Shown here piece by piece: positions 1 through 7,008 of a stretch of DNA of 16,380 bases (the first letter of the stretch is position 1; the number at the start of each line of letters is the position of its first letter). Both the position numbers and the translations under genes were made by a program. Below the pieces are notes generated by a model. That model did not search any database. It saw nothing but the letters and a program-made list of their open reading frames with translations, and had not been told where the DNA came from. Source of the DNA: Candidatus Omnitrophota bacterium (GTDB lineage: Bacteria; Omnitrophota; Omnitrophia; Omnitrophales; Aquincolibacteriaceae); NCBI GenBank assembly GCA_043803685.1, contig JAZDJU010000110.1, positions 1-16,380 on the forward strand, read 5' to 3'.

Positions 1-127
1 TGATTATATGGATCCCCTGCCGGCTTCCGAAGATGTATTTGTCCATCTTGGGATGCCATTTTGAGGTTTGGTGGCCGAAGTGCGCTCCGGCTTGGAGCAG
101 ATCGACCAATGACGGTATTTTAGACAT
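1..127 (-). CDS. rpsB: 30S ribosomal protein S2, N-terminal part (runs off the window)
   Basis: Manual translation of the reverse complement from ATG at 127 gives [42 protein letters not shown], which carries the uS2 signature AGxHFGH...WxPKM..YIF. Not in the supplied ORF track. Confidence 0.97.
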   Translation of the reverse strand, partial: MSKIPSLVDLLQAGAHFGHQTSKWHPKMDKYIFGSRQGIHII

Positions 128-140
128 ATTTTCCTTTTAG

Positions 141-215
141 CCTCTCCTCTGCCCCGCCGCGGGCCGATGTAAATCAGCCAGGATGCGGTCAGTTAAATCG
201 CAGAGAATGTGTGAT
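141..215 (-). promoter_or_regulatory. rpsB 5' leader (S2-leader-like autoregulatory RNA structure)
   Basis: The minus strand reads CACAC followed by nested stems CTCTGC/GCAGAG (205-200 with 152-147), CCGC/GCGG and GGCTGAT/ATCGGCC, then a purine-rich tract before the start. Position and architecture match rpsB leaders. Confidence 0.6.
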
Positions 216-230
216 GAATTAAGTGCCGAG

Positions 231-259
231 AAGGTAACATTTAGCGGTAAAAATGGCAA
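231..259 (-). promoter_or_regulatory. Putative sigma70 promoter of rpsB
   Basis: TTGCCA (259-254), 17-bp spacer ending in TGT, TACCTT (236-231), immediately upstream of the leader. Confidence 0.55.
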
Positions 260-312
260 GTATCTAGGGAAGAATCCGGAATCTAGGTTTTTATAAAACC
301 AAGGAAAATCAG

Positions 313-379
313 TTCCTAAGCTTGTCGAAGGACTACCTACATCAAGGTAACCCTTCGACTGCGCTCAGGGAATATACTC
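313..379. repeat. REP-like inverted pair (CCTRAGCTTGTCGAAGG / CCTTCGACTGCGCTCAGG type)
   Basis: Arms at 313-331 and 352-372 are imperfect inverted repeats. 346-379 recurs nearly identically at 15112-15145. Confidence 0.7.
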
Positions 380-482
380 CGTGACTTTACGGACTTGATG
401 GACTTTACAGACTACTCCACATTCGTATATTCGTATATTTCGTGAAGCCGATTCGTATTTTCGCAGACCTCTGTAGCCAATT

Positions 483-512
483 AAAAAGAGCGCAACTTTC
501 GTTACGCTCTTT
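483..512 (-). terminator. Rho-independent terminator downstream of the lipoprotein gene
   Basis: The minus strand reads AAAGAGCGTAAC-GAAA-GTTGCGCTCTTTTT, about 30 nt after the stop at 544. Confidence 0.75.
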
Positions 513-543
513 GGTTGAAGTGTTTGAGTTTTCGTCGAGACGC

Positions 544-1599
544 TTACTGCGTCTTTACGAGCCAGTTGGCCCCGGACTGGGAGGGCTTGACCCCTCCGGT
601 CACGGTGCCGTCGTTGATCCGCCCCAGCTCCTCTGAGCCGTAGCAGATCAAGATGATCGCCGGGCAACCGCTGGCGTAGCAGAACCACGTGCCGTCGTCG
701 ACCGCGATCTTCAGCCCGTTCGGGTTGTTCGGGTCGAGGGGCTGGGTCGCCCCGTCGTGACTGGCGCCGAAGTTCAACTCGTAGGACGAGTTGACGGGCA
801 CGGCTCCGTCATCCCAGACGGCAGTCGTGGCACCCTTCGTGCCGATGAACAGATTGCCCCACGGAAGGTCCGTGAGACCGCTGTTCGCGGGGTAGTCCTT
901 GAACCCGTCGGCCGCGAGGTAGTCCCCGCTTGCGACGTAGTCCTTCTGGACCTTGACGACGAAGTGACCCGAGGTCACATCCGAGCAGTCGAGGGTTGCA
1001 CCCCCACTGCCGCCTTCGCCGCCTGCACCGCCGGCACAACCGCCAGCTCCGCCAGCATTGCCGCCCTCGCCGCCGGCACCGCCGCCGCCTGCGCTCTGGC
1101 ACTCGCTGCCCTTTGGCGCGGTCCACTTCTTATCTGGCGAGCAGAACAAGTCGCGGCTGCAAGCCTTCTCCCAGCATGACTCGCCGGGAGTCTCGCACTC
1201 CTTGCCTTCCTCGCAGATGAAGCAGGAAGGAGCGTCAGCTGGCGCGGTCCACTTGCTGTCTGCCGAGCAGAACAGCTCGCGGTCGCACGCGTCCTCACAG
1301 GTGTCGCCGGGAGTCTCGCACTTGGCGCCAGCCTCGCAGGTGATGCATGCTTCGGCATCGCTCCCTGCACTCCACTTGGACTCTGCAGAGCAGAACAACT
1401 CCCGCTCGCAGGCGTCCTCGCAGGTCGCGCCCTTGGTCGGGCACTCGTCGCCCTCCACGCAGGAAGGGCCTCCGCCCGAGCCACCGCCGCCAGTCGCCGT
1501 GGCGCCACCGCCGCCGTTGCCGAGCTTCTCCAGAGGAGACTCGGAACAGCCAACGATCAATGCCACCAAACCAATGATGTAAATGTACGTGTGGCGCAT
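544..1599 (-). CDS. Putative lipoprotein with three Cys-rich repeats and Gly-rich linkers
   Basis: ATG at 1599 is preceded by AAGGAG. Signal peptide MRHTYIYIIGLVALIVG-C has a lipobox. It is followed by poly-Gly linkers, three ~41-aa repeats and a C-terminal globular domain. Codons are strongly GC-biased. The ORF-track start at 1620 is less likely. Confidence 0.85.
   Translation of the reverse strand: MRHTYIYIIGLVALIVGCSESPLEKLGNGGGGATATGGGGSGGGPSCVEGDECPTKGATCEDACERELFCSAESKWSAGSDAEACITCEAGAKCETPGDTCEDACDRELFCSADSKWTAPADAPSCFICEEGKECETPGESCWEKACSRDLFCSPDKKWTAPKGSECQSAGGGGAGGEGGNAGGAGGCAGGAGGEGGSGGATLDCSDVTSGHFVVKVQKDYVASGDYLAADGFKDYPANSGLTDLPWGNLFIGTKGATTAVWDDGAVPVNSSYELNFGASHDGATQPLDPNNPNGLKIAVDDGTWFCYASGCPAIILICYGSEELGRINDGTVTGGVKPSQSGANWLVKTQ
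1099..1461 (-). repeat. Three intragenic Cys-rich repeats (~41 aa, 6 Cys each)
   Basis: CVEGDECPTKGATCEDACERELFCSAESKW...C / CEAGAKCETPGDTCEDACDRELFCSADSKW...C / CEEGKECETPGESCWEKACSRDLFCSPDKKW...C. Confidence 0.9.
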
Positions 1600-1824
1600 G
1601 GCCACTCCTTTCTCCCCCAAAGGGGCTAGTCTTCTCCCTCGCCGCTAACCTACCATAGATCAGCACGAAGAAGAGTATATTAAAACATTTTTTTGACTTT
1701 TTGTCAATAGTCTTAGCGCCAAGAGCGTATTTTTTGGCTAAAAATAGCCGTAAACTTGGCTTGACTAAAAATTGAGTAAAAAAACCATCTTTTAAATACT
1801 AGCGATTTCGTTTTTTTCGCTAGA

Positions 1825-1960
1825 TTCTCCCTCTTAAGCTAAGAGGGAGTTAGAGGGAGTTAGAGGGAGTTATGAACAGTAAAGAAAACCAATCTGATTG
1901 GAATTGTTTTATTCTCGGTTCGTAACTCCTCCTAGCCTCCTCTTATCCTAAGAGGAGGGA
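1825..1960. repeat. REPIN-like element (CTCCCTCTTA..TAAGAGGGAG type)
   Basis: Hairpin 1827-1849 followed by AGAGGGAGTT x3 (1842-1871). An inverted, diverged arm with its own hairpin CCTCCTCTTA-TCC-TAAGAGGAGG lies at 1923-1960. Confidence 0.7.
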
Positions 1961-1994
1961 TGTGGGATAAAAACGCTCTCAGGATCCCGTCTCA

Positions 1995-2084
1995 TGGCGG
2001 AGAGGGTGAGATTCGAACTCACGGTAACCTTGCGGCTACGGCAGATTTCAAGTCTGCTGCTTTAGACCACTCAGCCACCTCTCC
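1995..2084 (-). tRNA. tRNA-Ser(TGA)
   Basis: GGAGAGG/CCTCTCC acceptor stem, anticodon arm GCAGA-CT-TGA-AA-TCTGC, long variable arm, GTTCGAATC T-loop, discriminator G and encoded CCA. Confidence 0.97.
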
Positions 2085-2229
2085 GCCATGTTACGGAACA
2101 ATTCCGCCCCTCGGCTCATCAGCTCTTCCGCCCCTCAGCTATTCTGCCACAATCCCCCGTCAACCGCCAAAGACTAACTTATTTTTTGATTTTAGTCGAG
2201 CTTTTCTGAAAATTATGCCGGTTAAATAA

Positions 2230-2258
2230 TTGACAATTAGCCGCCAAACCGCGATTCT
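2230..2258 (+). promoter_or_regulatory. Putative promoter of the sigma-factor gene
   Basis: Perfect TTGACA (2230-2235) inside the palindrome TAATTG-A-CAATTA, 17-bp spacer, weak -10 GATTCT. Confidence 0.4.
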
Positions 2259-2313
2259 AATAACCATTCGCGCATAGCGCGCGAACTGCTCATTCACAAC
2301 TACGGAGGGGCAG

Positions 2314-3480
2314 ATGACTCGTTTCAACGGGGAAAGTTATTCGATGCCGGCGTTTCTCAAAAAACGCTATTCGAAGCTCGACCCGTATGAGGTCGAGCGT
2401 CTGTTTCTTGAAGCCAAAAGCGAGGATCCGACCGTACGCAGAGCGGCAATCGAGCACCTCGCCTTGGCAAACATCGGTTTGGTCATAAGCATCGCCAAGG
2501 GCTATGTCTCCAATGGCTTGCCATTGATGGATCTGGTCCAAGAAGGGATGATACAGCTCATCACCAAGGCGATTCCAACCTTTGATCCTTCACGCGGCAC
2601 GAAGTTTAGCACGTATACGGTGCCTGCGCTGCGGCACACTTTCACTCGCGCGTGCGCTGAAAAGAGCTATAATAGACCCTTTACCATCCCGGAGCATGTC
2701 CGATATGTGAAACATGCCGTTGCAACCGCCCGTGCAGAATTCTATAAGACGCTTGGCCGATGGCCTGATACGGATGAAATATTCGCTCTCTTGCAAACGC
2801 GGGAAAGCAATGTCATCAAAGCAATCTCGAAACAGGAAATCGAGAGGATCGTCCACACGTCTCGTATGGATGTACTCTCATTAACCCAGCCCGCTTTCGA
2901 AGACGACGGTCCTGTTTTGGAAGAGCGGATGCTCATGGACTTCGGGGATCAAGGAGCGGAATGCGTTGCCATCAACTCTGAAGAGCTGGCCTGTTGGTCC
3001 AAACGCCTTCGCACCGTTTTACAGTCCTTACCCGAACGCGAGCGAGAGACCATCGTTTTCCGCTTCGGTCTGGCGGATCAAGTACCGAAAAAGCTTGAAG
3101 CTGTCGGCAAAATCCTGGGTGTGACCAGAGAACGCATTCGCCAACTGGAATGGAAAGCCATAGGGCGGATGGTGAAAAAATGGAGAATACCGAGTGAGTC
3201 CGTCAGGAATATCCTGATCTCTCTGCGAGAATTAGGGTTCACCGTGCAAATTCAAAGCACGAAACCGGTCCCGACGGAAATTCCTTCAACACAAATCTCC
3301 TCCAGAGTTTTGACCGAGCACGCCGTCGCTCTCGCCGACGGCAAATACGTAGTCAGACCTGCACGGACACTCGCCGTTCGACTGAATATCGACGAAAATA
3401 CAGCGCAGATCGCCGTCGAGACGTGCGCCAAAGAAGGCGCGTTCGCGTTCGTAGACGGATGCGACGCCATCCGTCTTTGA
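2314..3480 (+). CDS. Divergent sigma-70 family RNA polymerase sigma factor (RpoD/RpoS-like regions 2-4) with a C-terminal extension
   Basis: Region 2 ANIGLVISIAKGY..GLPLMDLVQEG..FDPSRGTKFSTY; region 3 LGRWPDTDEI; region 4 LPERERETIVFRFGL..LEAVGKILGVTRERIRQLEWKA. GGAGG RBS upstream. Confidence 0.92.
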   Translation: MTRFNGESYSMPAFLKKRYSKLDPYEVERLFLEAKSEDPTVRRAAIEHLALANIGLVISIAKGYVSNGLPLMDLVQEGMIQLITKAIPTFDPSRGTKFSTYTVPALRHTFTRACAEKSYNRPFTIPEHVRYVKHAVATARAEFYKTLGRWPDTDEIFALLQTRESNVIKAISKQEIERIVHTSRMDVLSLTQPAFEDDGPVLEERMLMDFGDQGAECVAINSEELACWSKRLRTVLQSLPERERETIVFRFGLADQVPKKLEAVGKILGVTRERIRQLEWKAIGRMVKKWRIPSESVRNILISLRELGFTVQIQSTKPVPTEIPSTQISSRVLTEHAVALADGKYVVRPARTLAVRLNIDENTAQIAVETCAKEGAFAFVDGCDAIRL

Positions 3481-3507
3481 ACATATGCCCTTTCATGACA
3501 ACCGCTT

Positions 3508-3539
3508 GCCGTCCCGAAAGCTTTCGTGACGGCTTTTTT
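3508..3539 (+). terminator. Rho-independent terminator after the sigma gene
   Basis: GCCGTCcCGAAAG/CTTTCGtGACGGC hairpin followed by TTTTTT. Confidence 0.8.
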
Positions 3540-3602
3540 CATAAAAAATAACAAGTCCTCTAGAGAGAAAAACAGAAAAAAAGTCATTCCGCTGCTAACA
3601 AA

Positions 3603-3773
3603 TGTCATTCCACGGTTCAACCGGGGAATCTTCCAATTTGAAGATCCCCCGGTCAAGCCGGAGGATGACATGTCCCCCGGTCAAGCCGGAGGATGACATG
3701 GAGAGAGGCACCGGAGGATGACATGTTCCCCGGTCATCCCCGCCTACGCGAGGACAGGCGCCGGAGGATGACA
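3603..3773. repeat. REP/REPIN-like palindromic cluster (GTCATCC..CGG type)
   Basis: Inverted arms at 3603-3633 and 3640-3670. CCGGAGGATGACA occurs four times (3658, 3686, 3711, 3761). A nested CCCCGCCTACGCGAGGACAGG unit lies near 3738-3758. Confidence 0.8.
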
Positions 3774-3791
3774 GGAGAAAAAAATATAAAA

Positions 3792-3946
3792 GGGTCATGT
3801 CCGAGTTTCGTCCCGGTTTCCAAAGAAAAGAAAAGAGCTGGAGAGTCTTCCAGCCCGGAAAGTATGCGGCGTGTTTGGCCTGCGACAGCTAGGCCGACCG
3901 CACCACGCGAGTGATGGAACGCTCTTTTGAAAACCGGGTCATGACC
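3792..3946. repeat. Small element bounded by GGGTCATG(T/A)CC palindromic ends, with internal hairpins
   Basis: GGGTCATGTCC at 3792-3802 and GGGTCATGACC at 3936-3946. Internal stems AAAAGAGC/GCTCTTTT, GCTGGA/TCCAGC, TGCGG/CCGCA and GGCCT/AGGCC. Confidence 0.5.
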
Positions 3947-5245
3947 CACGCGTGTCCGGTTAAGAATCCCACAACGTAGCCTGCTTTTGGATGGGTGATC
4001 CGATTTCAGATAAAACGAACTCAGAAATCAGCTCAACCATGGGAGTTTTGTCAAAAAGGGAGACACTTAATATTTGTAGAATTTCGTAGGAACTTCTTTT
4101 GATCCCTAACCTCTTTTTCATAATGGCAACCAGTAAATATGTACACAGCGCAATGCATATTTGTGTCTTCACTGAATTTCGTGAGCGACCCCAAAATGAT
4201 TTGACGCTCAAATGCTGTTTGATCCATCTAAAAAATAGCTCAACTTGCCAACGATGTTTGTATACATCAGCGATTGTTTGTGCAGGTACGTCAAATTGAT
4301 TCGTGAGAAATACATACACATGTTGTGTTTCAGCATCAACATATTTGATGCGCCGAAGCTTCTCGGGATATCGCTCTTCTGCAGTGTACCCAGATAAATA
4401 AATCACCTGATCACATTTCACCCCAGAAGACTTGTCTACATCATTTGAATAAATTCGTCGAAAGACGGTATTACGTCTTGCTCGTGTCACGAAAAACGCT
4501 TGTGCACGATGGATCGTATTCAGTCTCTTAAAATCTCCATACCCACGATCCATGACATAGTAGCTTCCGGCTTCATAGATAATCCGATCAAGAAAGTGCA
4601 TATCATTCTCTTTTGCGCTGGAAAAATCGAAAAATGCAGGAATATTGCCTTTTAAATCCAATCCCATATTGAGTTTGATTGCCGCCTGTTTCTTCGAATA
4701 TCTTGCCCATGGAAATATATTCAAACACATTTCAATCGTCGTTGAATCAACGACAAGAACTGTTCCCTCCAAATCAAGGGTGAATGGCGTATCATCAACA
4801 TAGATGCCGCGCGCCTCTTGAATGAGGATGAGTGCGTAGTCGCGATAGATACGCCAATCTCGTGCTTCATTCGCATCGGAGAGCGTGGATCGTCTAACAA
4901 CAGTACGAAAACCCAAATGATACAATTTTTCATGTTGAGCGGTGAGACATATGACAATGTCACGCAGGCTCTCACGGAATGAGAGATGACCGAATGACAT
5001 CGCCAGAAACTGTTCCCAGCAAGAAAATTCTCTCACCCGATATTCACCGCCATACCGTGCAACGCAATGATTAAATTGATATCGAACGACACTGTCCATG
5101 ACCTGTGAAAAGACATATTGGCCTTGGTGCATATACACCAAGTATTGCACAGATAAAATTCAAATCGAAAAATGCTTTTTTTCAAAAAAACGGCTCAACG
5201 AAGAGCTGTTTTTATGATGGTGAAAGACTTAACCGGACACGCGTG
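3947..5245 (-). mobile_element. IS4-family insertion sequence
   Basis: Perfect 18-bp terminal inverted repeats CACGCGTGTCCGGTTAAG (3947-3964, 5228-5245). Flanking 10-mers GGTCATGACC and GGACATGACC match at 9/10. The transposase stop codon lies within the TIR. Confidence 0.92.
3960..5132 (-). CDS. IS4-family DDE transposase (DUF4372-like N-terminus plus DDE_Tnp_1-like domain)
   Basis: VVDSTTI and VMDRGY acidic motifs and the YREK signature YKHRWQVELFFRWIKQ. N-terminus MHQGQYVFSQ...FSCWEQFLAMSFGHLSFRESLRDI. ATG at 5132 preferred over the start at 5150. Confidence 0.95.
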   Translation of the reverse strand: MHQGQYVFSQVMDSVVRYQFNHCVARYGGEYRVREFSCWEQFLAMSFGHLSFRESLRDIVICLTAQHEKLYHLGFRTVVRRSTLSDANEARDWRIYRDYALILIQEARGIYVDDTPFTLDLEGTVLVVDSTTIEMCLNIFPWARYSKKQAAIKLNMGLDLKGNIPAFFDFSSAKENDMHFLDRIIYEAGSYYVMDRGYGDFKRLNTIHRAQAFFVTRARRNTVFRRIYSNDVDKSSGVKCDQVIYLSGYTAEERYPEKLRRIKYVDAETQHVYVFLTNQFDVPAQTIADVYKHRWQVELFFRWIKQHLSVKSFWGRSRNSVKTQICIALCTYLLVAIMKKRLGIKRSSYEILQILSVSLFDKTPMVELISEFVLSEIGSPIQKQATLWDS

Positions 5246-5274
5246 GGACATGACCCCGTTTCTTGGTCGCAGTT

Positions 5275-5355
5275 TAGTGCACAGATTCCGCACATGCCGA
5301 GGCATGTGGGTTGCACGATACTAAATTGTCATGGCGGAGATGGAGGGATTCGAAC
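5275..5355 (-). repeat. att-like repeat copy 1: tRNA-Ser 3' fragment plus conserved trailer
   Basis: Ungapped 81-bp match to 14775-14855. TGGCGGAGATGGAGGGATTCGAAC differs at one position from the tRNA-Ser(GCT) 3' end, and similarity stops just past the T-loop. Confidence 0.9.
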
Positions 5356-5631
5356 TAAGTGGGTCATCCGATACTAAGTTCTCTTGCCTCAATGTTGAAA
5401 TTGATCTCAACCGAGCTATTTTTTTGTTGTGTTGTTTAGAGTTGAGATTTTTCGTGTTATCTCCACGGGCAGCATATCCGGCCAAATCTCATGCAATCTC
5501 ATATGAGCTATCATTAAACGGGTTCAGTAATCGGTGAATGCCTGCCCAAGAAAATCGCTCGATAATTACATGTCGCAAGAAAATTTAACGAACTCGTTAC
5601 GATAAAAGTTGGAAACTAAGTAAGAGAAAAA

Positions 5632-7008
5632 TTAAGAACGTATTATCAATGTATTCTCTGCGACCTTGAGTCGATCCTGTAGCGTTTGGCGCGATTTGAG
5701 GTAGGCATAGACGGCATTGATATCAGGAAATGTTTGTTTACCGACAAGCAACCAGCTCATCGCTTTGAAGAAAGTATCTTTTTTTAATCTAAGCACCTCA
5801 CATGAAGGAAAAACGTCTGGATAAGACTCCATTTCTCGAAAAATGCACGGAAGAGCATCCCGAACATCTTCATCAGGCTTTTCAAAATTTGGAAAGAGGA
5901 TAGATCGAATCATTCTTACCGCTTCTTCCGGTTCTCTCCGTAGTGATATTAAGAGCTTCTGTAATGCTTCATCAGACTCCAGTGATTGAACGAGTGCGTC
6001 TTCGTGATTTTTTGCCAAATACAACTCGACGGAAGCAAGGTAAATGTCGGGCGTGATCGTCTTGATCAGTTTTTTGTTCAGAGACGCTAATTTTTCAGGA
6101 TCAAATTTTCCATTTGCTCTATGGATTTTATTCGCGTCGAACGTTTCAAGGAATTGTGAAATGGAAGGATAGACGACGTTGGAGCGTCCATAGCCGGACG
6201 AGATGAGATAAGAGACGAGCGCTTGAGGAAGAATTCCTTTTCGAATGAAATCATCAAAGTTAGAAGCTCCTCCCAACATTTTGCCGCGTTCATCTAGTAG
6301 AAGTGGCGTATGGAGGTACTTTTTAGGTTCGAACCCAAGGGCGATGCGAACCATCTCTTGAAAATCGACGATGGGCATTTTGTCTTGTCCTCGCACGACG
6401 TGCGTCACTCCGAATTCGGCATCATCAACAACGGTCGCGAGATGATAAAGCACGCTTCGGTCGGAGCGCATCAAAGGAAAATATTTTTGGCCACTTTTGA
6501 GACGTTTTTCAAGGTCGACGAGAATTCTACCTCTCAAAACATCGTCGAATTCAAACGTATCAGAATATTCGTCGATAAATCGCTCAATATCAAATAAAAC
6601 GAGTCCGGAATCTTTGTCTACGAAAGCGATTTTTTTATCGAACAGCTCTTCTATGTATTTTGAATAAATCGTCTGTCTTTCAGATTGGTAAACGGATTGC
6701 CCTATGGTTTCTTGGGAATTTTCAGGCGTAACATCAAATTCGAAACCAAGAACATCGCTAAAAAAATGGAGGAGCTCCAATGCTTTCTCTTTCTTATGCT
6801 CTTCAGCATTGGTGTCATCTACGCGAAAAATAACCTTCCCTTCAGATCCTTTTTGTTTTTCGCTCTGAGCGAGTGAATAATTATAGAGATGAGAACGGAT
6901 CGCTCCGATGTTTTTATTTCCTTCGACGGGGGACATTCCGAGGCGAACTACGACAGGTTTCTTCTTAGAATCGTTTTGCTGTTTTCTTTCTATGGGCTTT
7001 TCGTTCAT
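5632..7008 (-). CDS. Glutamyl-tRNA synthetase-like protein (class I aaRS paralog, degenerate HIGH/KMSKS)
   Basis: VRLGMSPVEGNKNIGAIR (cf. RFAPSPTGxLHxGxxR), FRVDDTN (cf. LRIEDTD), YQSER, YHLATVVDDAEFGVTHVVRGQD, HTPLLLDERGKMLGG, GILPQALVSYL, FDPEKLASLN. ATGA overlap with the upstream gene. Confidence 0.85.
   Translation of the reverse strand: MNEKPIERKQQNDSKKKPVVVRLGMSPVEGNKNIGAIRSHLYNYSLAQSEKQKGSEGKVIFRVDDTNAEEHKKEKALELLHFFSDVLGFEFDVTPENSQETIGQSVYQSERQTIYSKYIEELFDKKIAFVDKDSGLVLFDIERFIDEYSDTFEFDDVLRGRILVDLEKRLKSGQKYFPLMRSDRSVLYHLATVVDDAEFGVTHVVRGQDKMPIVDFQEMVRIALGFEPKKYLHTPLLLDERGKMLGGASNFDDFIRKGILPQALVSYLISSGYGRSNVVYPSISQFLETFDANKIHRANGKFDPEKLASLNKKLIKTITPDIYLASVELYLAKNHEDALVQSLESDEALQKLLISLRREPEEAVRMIRSILFPNFEKPDEDVRDALPCIFREMESYPDVFPSCEVLRLKKDTFFKAMSWLLVGKQTFPDINAVYAYLKSRQTLQDRLKVAENTLIIRS

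Noticed and set aside
365..1666. Multiple overlapping ORFs (e.g. 757-1179 +, 975-1553 -, 1058-1582 +, 1295-1666 -)
   Set aside because: Shadow frames of the GC-rich lipoprotein gene; low-complexity Arg/Ala/Pro translations with no recognisable motifs.
1960..2229. 89-aa ORF on the + strand
   Set aside because: It is the antisense translation of tRNA-Ser(TGA) and its flanks.
2314..3480. Calling the sigma factor rpoD
   Set aside because: It lacks an N-terminal region 1.1, a canonical region 1.2 and the WW dyad, and has a C-terminal extension, so it is not the primary sigma factor.
3603..3773. Possible CRISPR array
   Set aside because: The repeats are 13-28 bp with irregular, non-unique spacers, include an inverted arm, and there are no cas genes; it fits REP-type elements.
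3595..3949. Short ORFs of 67-73 aa
   Set aside because: They are translations of palindromic repeats with no coding signal.
5331..5355. Additional tRNA genes at 5331 and 11099
   Set aside because: Only the acceptor 3' strand and part of the T-arm are present, with no D or anticodon arm; they are att-like fragments.
1995..5355. A third cassette bounded by tRNA-Ser(TGA) and att copy 1
   Set aside because: The match at 1993-2016 is explained by similarity between serine tRNAs; the 56-bp trailer is absent there and the tRNA is complete.
5105..5537. ORFs 5105-5377 and 5331-5537, and 10969-11199 sharing HVGCTILNCHGG
   Set aside because: The shared peptide comes from the DNA repeat. The ORFs cross IS ends or att sites and are unlikely to be expressed genes.
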